Below are positions 18,664-26,838 of a DNA stretch of 64,000 bases, piece after piece. Under the pieces are notes generated by a model that did not search any database, was not told the DNA's origin, and was given only the letters and a program-made list of their open reading frames with translations. The stretch's first letter is position 1, and every line of letters begins with the position of its first letter. The stretch is from NCBI GenBank assembly GCA_900752335.1, contig CAADUZ010000001.1, positions 1,772 to 65,771 of the forward strand, written 5' to 3'. The DNA comes from Clostridia bacterium (lineage in GTDB: Bacteria; Bacillota; Clostridia; TANB77; CAG-508). Made by a program: the position numbers and the translations under genes.

Positions 18664-19884
18664 TTATACGTCTTTTAGTTTAATAATTTGTTCTGAATTT
18701 AATTTGCCGGCTCTAGTTATACTTTCATATCCATATTTATTTTTTAATTCGTCTACTACTTTGTCTAATTTTTCTTGTTTTTGATCATTCGCATCATTAA
18801 AAAGCGATAATTGCATTTCATCTTTTTCTATTAAATTATCTACTCTTAAACCTACCAAACGTATGAATGTGCCTCTTTTGTACATTTCTCCTAACAGAAT
18901 TTTTGCTAATTCATATATATTTTTAGTGTTTGAGGTTGGGCTCATTAATTTTTTTTGATGCGAAAAATCTTTAAAATCCTTGGTTCGAAGCTGTACATTT
19001 ACAACATTCGCATACATGTTATATCTACGTAATCTATATGCTACTTGCTCTGCAAGCGTTAGTAGCACTTTTTCAATTTCCTCCTTTGAGCTAATATCTC
19101 TAGGAAGCGTTACTGAATTTCCTATCCCCTTTGGTTTTTCTTCCAAATAGTTTACTTCTGAATTATCTATTCCATTGGCATATTCCCACATTAGAAGCCC
19201 ATGCTTTCCAAATTTTTTAACCATTTCTGCTTTATCTTGCTTTGCTAAATCCCCTATTGTTTTTATTCTCATATTTGATAATTTTGGAATAGTTTTTCTG
19301 CCTAACATAAATAATTCTGATACAGGAAGTGTCCACATTTTACTTGGTATTTCTTCTTCAAATAATGTATGTACTTTATCCGGTTTGGTAAAGTCAGATG
19401 CCATTTTTGCCAAGAGCTTGTTGTGCGCAACACCTACATTTACAGTAAATCCAAGTTCTTTTTTTACTCTTCTATTTATTTCGTATGCTTTATTTAGCAA
19501 AGTATCATTGCCTAAATAATCCGTCATGTCTAAAAAACATTCGTCTATACTAAATCTCTCTATTTTTTCTGTGTATTCTAGCAAAATTTTGTATAAATCA
19601 TTTGAATGTTTTTTGTAGCTTTTATAATCTCCTTTAAATACTTGTAAATTGGGGCATTTTAAGCGTGCTTGGTACAAAGTTTCTCCCGTATATACGCCTC
19701 TTCTTTTTGCCTTCATACTTTTTGCTAAAACTATACCAGACCTCTTGCTCTCATCTCCGCCTATTACCGCTTCTATTTCTCTTATATCAACTTTTTCTCC
19801 TTGATTTAATCTATCTAGTGCAGTCCAGCTTAAGAATGCATTGTTTACGTCTACATGAAGAATTTGTCTTTGCTTCTTTTCCAT
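18664..19884 (-). CDS. dinB: Y-family DNA polymerase IV
   Basis: ILHVDVNNAFLSWT, the SIDECFLDMT catalytic motif and VGVAHNKLLAKMASD. Confidence 0.85.
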   Translation of the reverse strand: MEKKQRQILHVDVNNAFLSWTALDRLNQGEKVDIREIEAVIGGDESKRSGIVLAKSMKAKRRGVYTGETLYQARLKCPNLQVFKGDYKSYKKHSNDLYKILLEYTEKIERFSIDECFLDMTDYLGNDTLLNKAYEINRRVKKELGFTVNVGVAHNKLLAKMASDFTKPDKVHTLFEEEIPSKMWTLPVSELFMLGRKTIPKLSNMRIKTIGDLAKQDKAEMVKKFGKHGLLMWEYANGIDNSEVNYLEEKPKGIGNSVTLPRDISSKEEIEKVLLTLAEQVAYRLRRYNMYANVVNVQLRTKDFKDFSHQKKLMSPTSNTKNIYELAKILLGEMYKRGTFIRLVGLRVDNLIEKDEMQLSLFNDANDQKQEKLDKVVDELKNKYGYESITRAGKLNSEQIIKLKDV

Positions 19885-19909
19885 ACCAAATCACTTCCTT
19901 TTCGCATAT

Positions 19910-19938
19910 ATTATAGAACATTAGTTTGTAGTAGTCAA
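19910..19938 (-). promoter_or_regulatory. SigA-type promoter of dinB with a LexA (Cheo) box in the spacer
   Basis: The minus strand reads TTGACT-17 nt-TATAAT. The spacer ends with AAACTAATGTTC, which on the plus strand is GAAC-ATTA-GTTT at 19916-19927 and fits GAAC-N4-GTTY. Confidence 0.5.
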
Positions 19939-19971
19939 GTGTTTTCAAGTCAAAAATAAAGACTTATATGT

Positions 19972-20574
19972 TTACATACAAGCCTTTTTTATTCCATATT
20001 TTTCTAGTATTCCATGTATATCCTTTTCTATATTAACCAAATTATTGTTGTTTCCAATTATATCGTCACAATTTTTAATATAAAATTCATTTGTTTGTTG
20101 CGCTTCTAATCTTTTCTCTGCTTGCTCATAATCCACATTATCTCGTGCAACAATTCTTTCTATCTGTACTTCTTTTTTTGAAATAATACCAATAACTTTA
20201 TCACAAATTTTGTTTAGTTCACTTTCAAATAAAAGTGGTGCATCTATAACAGCTATTGTATCATCTTTTATTTTTGATATTTCTTTTTTTATTTCTTTTG
20301 TTATATATTTAAATGTACAACTATTTAGTTCTTTTCTTTTTTTAGGGTTAGAGTATATAATCTCTGCAAGCTTTTTTCGCTTTAGCTCTCCCTCTTCGTC
20401 CACTATGTCCTTACCAAATTTTTTAATTATATCTATGATATAGCTAGTACCCTTTTTAGATAATTTTTTGGCAATTTTATCTGCATTGATAATTTTTACT
20501 TTATAATTTTTCTCCAGGATTTCACATATCGTGCTTTTTCCAGCACCAGAACTCCCTGTTATTCCTATAACCAT
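19972..20574 (-). CDS. coaE: Dephospho-CoA kinase
   Basis: MVIGITGSSGAGKST P-loop, about 200 aa, with the DAPLLFES motif. Confidence 0.85.
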   Translation of the reverse strand: MVIGITGSSGAGKSTICEILEKNYKVKIINADKIAKKLSKKGTSYIIDIIKKFGKDIVDEEGELKRKKLAEIIYSNPKKRKELNSCTFKYITKEIKKEISKIKDDTIAVIDAPLLFESELNKICDKVIGIISKKEVQIERIVARDNVDYEQAEKRLEAQQTNEFYIKNCDDIIGNNNNLVNIEKDIHGILEKYGIKKACM

Positions 20575-20591
20575 ATCTTCCTCTCTTTGTT

Positions 20592-21824
20592 TTATAAAAT
20601 TTCTATCTTATTTGTATAATCTAAATTAGAATATGAATCTGAATAGTAGCCTAACGTATACACATTTGTTGCTAAAATATCAGTTTCGAGCATTTCCTTT
20701 AAATTTTTATTTGCTACAGTATCAATATATTTTTTTACAGAAGTTATAACATTTAGTTTTGGGTTTAATCTCATCATTTCTGATATTAGTTCTTTCCCTT
20801 TATTGTTAAAGCCTAAAACTCTTACATATGGCACTATTTTTCTTGAAATATCCATTTGCTTTTTTGTTATTCCAAGTAAACTATATAAAAGAATCCTTTG
20901 TATTCTAGTTTGTGTGAACCTTTTTGACTTTACTATATTAATTAATTCCTCTATAGTATTGCAAGAATCTGCTGCATTTTTTATTGAATTTTCCAAACCT
21001 TCTGATACGTCTGGAAGTTTTGCAATATCTTCTATAGACATTCTCCTTAAATTATATATAATTTCTTTTTCGAACCTTGAAATATCTATAACATAATGAC
21101 CTTTTTTTAATTCTTCACCTAAAAGCAAGTACGAATTTCTAGGCATTACCTTACTTATATCGCCTAATTGCTTCGTCATAAGCATTTTTCTTATTGCCGT
21201 AGCACTTGCAAATTCATCTACAATATATTTATCATTATAAAGGACTTTTTCTCTTTTTATTCCAACTGGATTTATTGTACTTTTAGTTCTTTTTAATGCT
21301 TTTAAATACTCAATTCCTAAAATATTATTAGAACCAGCCATTATGTTTGCATATCTTTTTATATCATTTAGGTACATCATTAAAGCATTTTCCCTTGCTT
21401 TTGGAAAAGAATTACCTTTTTTAAGTTCATGAGAAAGAATTGTAACATACTCTTTTGGTTCACTGTATAGCACATTTGCAATATTATTTAGAGTAGAAAT
21501 ATCTTTTGCTTCCATGCCAAATGAAAGAGTATCCACAATTCCTAGAGAATTTAATATTTTTATAGCACCTTCTGCAAAATTTTCAGCACTTGAAATGCTA
21601 TATACAGTTGGAAGTTCTATTACTAAATCTGCGCCATTTAAAAGAGCCATCCTTGCTTTAGTCCATTTATTTACGATTGAAGTGTTGCCTCTTTGAACAA
21701 AATTTCCAGATATTACAGCAACAACATATTGAGCACCAGTTTCTTCTTTAGATTTAGCAATATGGTACAAATGGCCATTATGAAATGGATTATACTCTGC
21801 AATTATCCCAAGAACCCTGCTCAT
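20592..21824 (-). CDS. tmcAL: tRNA(Met) cytidine acetate ligase (YlbM/UPF0348 nucleotidyltransferase)
   Basis: GIIAEYNPFHNGHLYHI (HxGH motif); 410 aa. Confidence 0.75.
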   Translation of the reverse strand: MSRVLGIIAEYNPFHNGHLYHIAKSKEETGAQYVVAVISGNFVQRGNTSIVNKWTKARMALLNGADLVIELPTVYSISSAENFAEGAIKILNSLGIVDTLSFGMEAKDISTLNNIANVLYSEPKEYVTILSHELKKGNSFPKARENALMMYLNDIKRYANIMAGSNNILGIEYLKALKRTKSTINPVGIKREKVLYNDKYIVDEFASATAIRKMLMTKQLGDISKVMPRNSYLLLGEELKKGHYVIDISRFEKEIIYNLRRMSIEDIAKLPDVSEGLENSIKNAADSCNTIEELINIVKSKRFTQTRIQRILLYSLLGITKKQMDISRKIVPYVRVLGFNNKGKELISEMMRLNPKLNVITSVKKYIDTVANKNLKEMLETDILATNVYTLGYYSDSYSNLDYTNKIEIL

Positions 21825-21958
21825 AAAACTCCCCTCCTAAATAAATATGTATGTTTGTGGCTTATATTTATATTTCTTATTGTACTATCACAAATTTATT
21901 GATATAATATCATAAAATTATAAAATTTACAATAATTTTCTGGAGGTAAGTTTGAATT

Positions 21959-22387
21959 ATGGAAGAAGTTACAATATATACAGATGGTGCATGTTCAGGA
22001 AATCCTGGTCCTGGAGGCTGGGGAGCAATACTCATGTATAAAGAAAACAAAAAAGAAATATCAGGTGGAAAAAAAGATACTACAAACAACGTAATGGAAC
22101 TAACAGCAGTAATAGAAGCATTAAAGCTTTTAAAATTCCCATGCAAAGTAAAATTATATAGCGATAGTGCATATGTAGTAAATGCCTTCCTACAAAACTG
22201 GGTAATAAACTGGCAAAGAAATAATTGGAAAACCGCTGACAAAAAAGAAGTAAAAAATAAAGAGCTATGGCAAGAATTAGTAGAACTTACTAATATACAT
22301 GACATAACCTTTATAAAAGTAAAAGGACATAGCGATAATGAATATAACAATAGATGCGACGAATTAGCTAGAAAAGCCATTCAATAA
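21959..22387 (+). CDS. rnhA: Ribonuclease HI
   Basis: [27 protein letters not shown] and [16 protein letters not shown]. Confidence 0.9.
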   Translation: MEEVTIYTDGACSGNPGPGGWGAILMYKENKKEISGGKKDTTNNVMELTAVIEALKLLKFPCKVKLYSDSAYVVNAFLQNWVINWQRNNWKTADKKEVKNKELWQELVELTNIHDITFIKVKGHSDNEYNNRCDELARKAIQ

Positions 22388-23551
22388 TCTCTGCATAGCT
22401 TCTATTGTTCTTTCTCTGTTGCCAAATGCAGTTAATCTAAAATATCCTTCTCCGTTTTTTCCAAAACCAATGCCAGGTGTTCCTACAATGTTGTATTTTT
22501 TTAGCAATACGTCAAAGTATTCCCACGAGCTCATTTTACCTGGTATTTTCATCCATATATATGGAGAGTTTATTCCGCCATAGCATTTTATTCCTGCTTT
22601 TTGTAATCCATCTAGAATTATTCTTGCATTTTCTTTATAGTATTCTATATTTTCTCTTATTCCTTTTTTTCCTTCTTCTGTGTAAGTTTCTTCTGCTGCT
22701 CTTTGTATTACATATGATACCCCATTAAATTTTGTTGTACTTCTTCTATTCCATAATTTGTTTAGGTTCATTTGTAATTCTTTTGGTACAACTGTATATG
22801 CGCATCTTAATCCAGTAAATCCTGCTGTTTTTGAATAGCTTTTAAATTCTATGGATGTTTCTTTCGCTCCTTTTATTTCATATATGCTATGTGGTATATC
22901 TTTTTCTTCTATGAATGCTTCATAAGCAGCATCAAATAGAATTACACTTCCATTAGCTTTTGCAAAATTTACCCATTTTTCTAAAATTTCTTTTCCTATT
23001 GCTGTTCCCGTTGGATTATTGGGCGAGCAAATATATATTAAGTCTGGTACTTCTTTTAATTCTTCTGGCGCGGGTGTAAAGTTGTTCTCTTCTGTCGCAT
23101 CTATGTATATAATATTTTCATCTTTTCGACCATTCATAATATTGCTATCCAAATACACCGGATAAACTGGATCCATAATTCCAACTTTTATATCTTTACC
23201 AAATATTTCTATAATGTTTCCAGTGTCGCATTTTGCTCCATCTGATATAAATATCTCGTCTTTTTCTATATCTAGCCCTGGATAGTCATTTGCTATAATT
23301 TTTTCTTTTAAAAAATCATACCCTTGCTCTGGTCCATATCCTCTAAAAGTTTTTTCGTCTTCAAGTTCTTCTGCCGCTTTTTTTATTGCATTAGTTATAG
23401 CTTTTGGCATAGGCCTTGTAACGTCCCCTATTCCTAGCCTTATTATATCCGCATTTTCATTTTCTTTTAAGTATTGATTTACTTTTTGATTTATTTTTGC
23501 AAACAAGTAGTTGTCTTTTAATCTTAAAAAATTATCATTTATGCTAATCAT
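22364..23551 (-). CDS. dapL: LL-diaminopimelate aminotransferase
   Basis: N-terminal [14 protein letters not shown] and the [15 protein letters not shown]-lysine motif. An AGGAGAG RBS precedes the MISIND start. Confidence 0.8.
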   Translation of the reverse strand: MISINDNFLRLKDNYLFAKINQKVNQYLKENENADIIRLGIGDVTRPMPKAITNAIKKAAEELEDEKTFRGYGPEQGYDFLKEKIIANDYPGLDIEKDEIFISDGAKCDTGNIIEIFGKDIKVGIMDPVYPVYLDSNIMNGRKDENIIYIDATEENNFTPAPEELKEVPDLIYICSPNNPTGTAIGKEILEKWVNFAKANGSVILFDAAYEAFIEEKDIPHSIYEIKGAKETSIEFKSYSKTAGFTGLRCAYTVVPKELQMNLNKLWNRRSTTKFNGVSYVIQRAAEETYTEEGKKGIRENIEYYKENARIILDGLQKAGIKCYGGINSPYIWMKIPGKMSSWEYFDVLLKKYNIVGTPGIGFGKNGEGYFRLTAFGNRERTIEAMQRLLNGFSS

Positions 23552-23616
23552 ATTTCTCTCCTTTCTATATAATTTATATTCCACAAAAAAGAAGATATGA
23601 AAAATTTTCATATCTT

Positions 23617-24465
23617 CTATACTTCGTCAACTATTTTCCCTTCAAAAACCGAGGTCGCCGGTCCTTGCATGTATATGTGATTATCTTTTCCCCATTCTAT
23701 TTTTAAAATACCTCCTGGTAGTCTAACTGTAACATTTTCGTCTGTATATCCATTTAATCCGCTCGCTACAACTGCAGCACACGCACCTGTTCCACAAGCT
23801 TTAGTTTCTCCTGCTCCTCTTTCCCAAACTCTTACTTTTATATTATTTTTATCTATAATTTGTACAAATTCCACATTAGTTCTGTTTGGAAATATTGGGT
23901 TATTTTCAACTTCCGGTCCATATTTTGATATATCTATATTGTCTACATTTTCTACAAACGTCACAGCATGTGGATTTCCCATTGATACAACTGTAAATCT
24001 CATTTTTTCTCCTGAAACATTTAAATCCATATCTTTATTAAATGCTTCATACACATTATATGGTATATTTTTATCTTGAAAAATTGGCTCTCCCATATCA
24101 ACAATTACTTCATTGCAACTGCCATCATCTTCAATTAGCTTTACTTTTTTTATACCTGCCAGCGTTTCTATAGATAACTTGTCTTTGTTTGACAAACCTT
24201 TATCGTGAATAAACTTTGCCACACACCTTATACCATTTCCGCACATTTCTGCTTCGCTACCATCGCTATTAAAAATTCTCATTTTAAAATCCGAACTTGA
24301 ATTAGTAGGCTTATCTATTAATATGACACCATCTGCACCAATTCCAGTATGCCTGTCACTTAACTTCCTTGTAATTTCTGATATATTTTTTATCTTTTCT
24401 CTGTCTATGCAATTTATATAGATATAATCATTTCCAAGCCCTGTCATTTTTGTAAAATTTAGCAT
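23617..24465 (-). CDS. dapF: Diaminopimelate epimerase
   Basis: [11 protein letters not shown], with both catalytic Cys motifs (MCGNGIRC and ACGTGACA). Confidence 0.9.
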   Translation of the reverse strand: MLNFTKMTGLGNDYIYINCIDREKIKNISEITRKLSDRHTGIGADGVILIDKPTNSSSDFKMRIFNSDGSEAEMCGNGIRCVAKFIHDKGLSNKDKLSIETLAGIKKVKLIEDDGSCNEVIVDMGEPIFQDKNIPYNVYEAFNKDMDLNVSGEKMRFTVVSMGNPHAVTFVENVDNIDISKYGPEVENNPIFPNRTNVEFVQIIDKNNIKVRVWERGAGETKACGTGACAAVVASGLNGYTDENVTVRLPGGILKIEWGKDNHIYMQGPATSVFEGKIVDEV

Positions 24466-24522
24466 ATAACCACCTCTTAAGGATAATATATGCTAAATTT
24501 TTAAATTTATACAAGTTATTTT

Positions 24523-25071
24523 TCATATTATACTATCTTGCAATTTCATTGCTTGTTTTATAAGTTCTTTTATTTCATACATATTATATTCATATTTTAC
24601 TTCTATCCTATATAATGGAATATTTACTTGTTTAAATAATTGATTTATAAATTCGTCTCTTTTTTTTACATTTTCTCTTTTATGACTATAATCGTCTAAT
24701 TCTATACAAGCTACTATTCCACAATTTTTATTATTTACTATTGTATAGTCTATACTTCGTGATTTAATTTTATTTCTATCAACATTATTATTGTCTTTAA
24801 CTTGTATTATTCTTTCCAAATTAACTTGTGAGAAAATTGATAAATTTAATTCATCAGTTATTTCTTTCAATTTTCTATAGAATATTAATTCTGTTCTAGT
24901 CATTACATATCCCTTGGTGGTATAGTTAGACAAACTATTATCTGTTTTACTTTGTTTACCATTATTTCGTGGTGTGGCTAATATTATAATAAATATTATA
25001 ATCGGAGTCATTACTATTCCAAATAATATTATAAAGAGTATAAATGAAAATATAAAATATATAATCCCCAT
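24523..25071 (-). CDS. Membrane-anchored DUF2726-like (restriction-endonuclease-fold) protein
   Basis: N-terminal TM, then RTELIFYRKL...VNLERII...DYTIV...ACIELDDYSH, recalled as the DUF2726 pattern. Confidence 0.55.
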   Translation of the reverse strand: MGIIYFIFSFILFIILFGIVMTPIIIFIIILATPRNNGKQSKTDNSLSNYTTKGYVMTRTELIFYRKLKEITDELNLSIFSQVNLERIIQVKDNNNVDRNKIKSRSIDYTIVNNKNCGIVACIELDDYSHKRENVKKRDEFINQLFKQVNIPLYRIEVKYEYNMYEIKELIKQAMKLQDSII

Positions 25072-25114
25072 TTTTTTACCTTCCTTTGTTTATTACTTTA
25101 TTCATACATATAAT

Positions 25115-25309
25115 TTATTTTATTAACTCATATCTTTTAAATATAGTAATTATCATGCTATATACTAATTTCTTTCCCAATAATTCTCTAAATTTTGTTG
25201 TTTTATTTCTGCCTTCATTTCTCAACTTTTCTAATTCTTTTCCTAAATTGTCATATTCTGTTAATATATCTGCAAGTGCTTTTTCAAATCTTTCTAATCT
25301 ATCCATCAT
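25115..25309 (-). CDS. Small coiled-coil protein (64 aa), first gene of the DUF2726 operon
   Basis: An AAGGAGA RBS lies 5 nt upstream of the ATG. Heptad-like LERFEKALADILTEYDNLGKELEKL. Confidence 0.4.
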   Translation of the reverse strand: MMDRLERFEKALADILTEYDNLGKELEKLRNEGRNKTTKFRELLGKKLVYSMIITIFKRYELIK

Positions 25310-25541
25310 TTATTCTCCTTATATTAGTAAACTGTACTTATTTAACTATTTTGTAAAATATTATATATGAAAACTAATTTAATTTCAATATCATATGCGA
25401 AGTGGTTAAAGTATTAAATGTAGATTGTCAAATATATGTCACACTTTATCGACAAATATACAATAAAACATGCAATAAAATACAAACTTTTGTTTACTTT
25501 TATCCTATAACGTGCTATACTTTAGAAAGTGAGGTGAGACT

Positions 25542-26027
25542 ATGAATTATGAAATTCACAACAATATTGTAGAAGCCGAAAATTTATTAAGTAGTATACA
25601 TAATGTTGATGCAATTCAATTTTCAGAATGGATTAGAGAAAAGTCAAATTTAAGATATAATGGTAATCTACCTAAATTTCCAATATATAATAATTTTATC
25701 TACTGGTGTAATCTTGGTATAAATATTGGAAGTGAACAAAATAAATTAAGACCTGTTTTAATATTAAGAAGCTCTAAAAATTCTCCTATCTGTACTATTC
25801 TTCCTCTAACAACTAAAAGATTACAAGATGGTTTTTGGTTTCATATTGATTTAGAAGAAATCGACTCTACTGTTTTAGTTGAGCAATTAAAGGTTGTTAG
25901 TAAAATAAGAATTACAAATCCTTATAGAAAAAAGGGAAGTTTAGTTACAATTTCATTAGATGATTGGAATAAAATTAATTCACAACTTGAAGAGCTATAT
26001 AGGTTAAGACCATTAAAAGATGAATAA
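25542..26027 (+). CDS. MazF/PemK-like endoribonuclease toxin with an approximately 50-aa N-terminal extension
   Basis: FIYWCNLGINIGSEQNKLRPVLILRS, then ILPLTTK and LVEQLKVVSKIRI, match the PemK/MazF core pattern (GxIYW..G.E..K.RPVLIL). GAGGTGA RBS. Confidence 0.6.
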   Translation: MNYEIHNNIVEAENLLSSIHNVDAIQFSEWIREKSNLRYNGNLPKFPIYNNFIYWCNLGINIGSEQNKLRPVLILRSSKNSPICTILPLTTKRLQDGFWFHIDLEEIDSTVLVEQLKVVSKIRITNPYRKKGSLVTISLDDWNKINSQLEELYRLRPLKDE

Positions 26028-26042
26028 AATTCCGAATTCTGC

Positions 26043-26072
26043 TTGACTTTCTGTCATTAAATAGTTTATAAT
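26043..26072 (+). promoter_or_regulatory. Near-consensus SigA promoter in front of structured-RNA unit 1
   Basis: TTGACT (26043-26048), an 18-nt spacer, then TATAAT (26067-26072). Confidence 0.45.
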
Positions 26073-26078
26073 TAAGTC

Positions 26079-26152
26079 AATAAAACATTAGTGTCCGTTC
26101 TGAAAAGAACGTTAATCATTATAATCCGATAGTCGAAAGACTATCGTTTTTT
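26079..26152 (+). ncRNA. Candidate small RNA, unit 1 (two hairpins plus U-tract)
   Basis: ACATTAGTGTC, stem CGTTC/GAACG, TTAATCATTATAATC, stem CGATAGTC-GAAA-GACTATCG, then TTTTTT. It is a paralog of unit 2. Confidence 0.45.
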
Positions 26153-26216
26153 ATTAACTTCATTCTGCCCACGGATAATTATGCATATAATTTAGAATTC
26201 TCTATATACTATTATT

Positions 26217-26299
26217 ACATTAGTGTCCATAGTTTTTATACTATGTTAGTCATTAATATCGGAGAAAATCTAAAATATTGATTTTCTCCATTTTATTTT
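26217..26299 (+). ncRNA. Candidate small RNA, unit 2 (paralog of unit 1)
   Basis: ACATTAGTGTC, stem CATAGT/ACTATG, TTAGTCATTAATATC, stem GGAGAAAATC-TAAAATATT-GATTTTCTCC, then ATTTTATTTT. Confidence 0.4.
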
Positions 26300-26333
26300 C
26301 TGTGGTTATACCTCAACTATTGACATTGAGACC

Positions 26334-26364
26334 AAAAAAATAGTACCTCATAGGGTACTTTTTT
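26334..26364 (-). terminator. Terminator of the tRNA operon (A-run/hairpin/T-run, bidirectional type)
   Basis: AAAAAAAT-AGTACC-TCATAG-GGTACT-TTTTTTT lies directly after the tRNA-Phe 3' end. Confidence 0.5.
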
Positions 26365-26440
26365 TGGTGCCTCGAACGGGAATCGAACCAGTGACACAGG
26401 GATTTTCAGTCCCTTGCTCTACCAACTGAGCTATCGAGGC
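26365..26440 (-). tRNA. tRNA-Phe (anticodon GAA), CCA encoded
   Basis: The reverse complement GCCTCGATAGCTCAGTTGGTAGAGCAAGGGACTGAAAATCCCT...TCGAGGCACCA folds as a cloverleaf. There is one T-C mismatch in the T stem. Confidence 0.93.
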
Positions 26441-26485
26441 GTATGTGTAATATTTTCTATATATCCAATTTTGCTAATATAAAAA

Positions 26486-26562
26486 TGGCGACCCGGAACG
26501 GGCTCGAACCGTCGACCTCTAGCGTGACAGGCTAGCGTTCTAACCAACTGAACTACCGGGCC
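26486..26562 (-). tRNA. tRNA-Asp (anticodon GTC), CCA encoded
   Basis: The reverse complement is GGCCCGGTAGTTCAGTTGGTTAGAACGCTAGCCTGTCACGCTAGAGGTCGACGGTTCGAGCCCGTTCCGGGTCGCCA. Confidence 0.95.
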
Positions 26563-26583
26563 GTATAGGAAATAATAAAAAAA

Positions 26584-26659
26584 TGGTGGGCGCAATAGGG
26601 CTCGAACCTATGACCTCCTGCTTGTAAGGCAGATGCTCTCCCAGCTGAGCTATGCGCCC
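26584..26659 (-). tRNA. tRNA-Val (anticodon TAC), CCA encoded
   Basis: The reverse complement is GGGCGCATAGCTCAGCTGGGAGAGCATCTGCCTTACAAGCAGGAGGTCATAGGTTCGAGCCCTATTGCGCCCACCA. Confidence 0.95.
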
Positions 26660-26678
26660 ATTTTCCTTCGACTTGTTT

Positions 26679-26707
26679 AGTATACTAAATTTTTTTGTCT
26701 TTGTCAA
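26679..26707 (-). promoter_or_regulatory. SigA promoter of the tRNA Val-Asp-Phe operon
   Basis: The minus strand reads TTGACA-17 nt-TATACT, ending about 20 nt upstream of tRNA-Val. Confidence 0.55.
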
Positions 26708-26739
26708 CACATTTTACAAAATTTTTTATATATTTTTTT

Positions 26740-26830
26740 AATGTCTGTCCCCTTGTTTCAGTTTTGGAACAGAGGGACGTACATTTTGTTTCAAATTTGG
26801 AACAAAATGTGTGTCCCCTTGTTTCAGTTT
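26740..26830. repeat. Palindromic repeat family, copy A (1.5 units: an extra arm plus an imperfect full palindrome)
   Basis: AATGT(C/G)TGTCCCCTTGTTTCAGTTT occurs twice (26740-26764 and 26806-26830). The middle arm GGAACAGAGGGACGTACATTTTGTTTC can pair with either flanking arm. Confidence 0.8.
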
Positions 26831-26838
26831 GTTTTAGA

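Noticed and set aside
21910-22380. 156-aa minus-strand ORF covering the same DNA as rnhA.
   Set aside because: The plus-strand frame encodes the canonical RNase HI motifs ([24 protein letters not shown]). The minus-strand product is low-complexity.
24466-26364. A direct repeat of the tRNA-Phe 3' end that would mark an integrase-mediated island boundary.
   Set aside because: No copy of the GAATCGAACC or CGAACGGGAATC segments was seen by eye between dapF and tRNA-Phe, and there is no integrase gene. The islet may be old, or it may have been acquired by another route.
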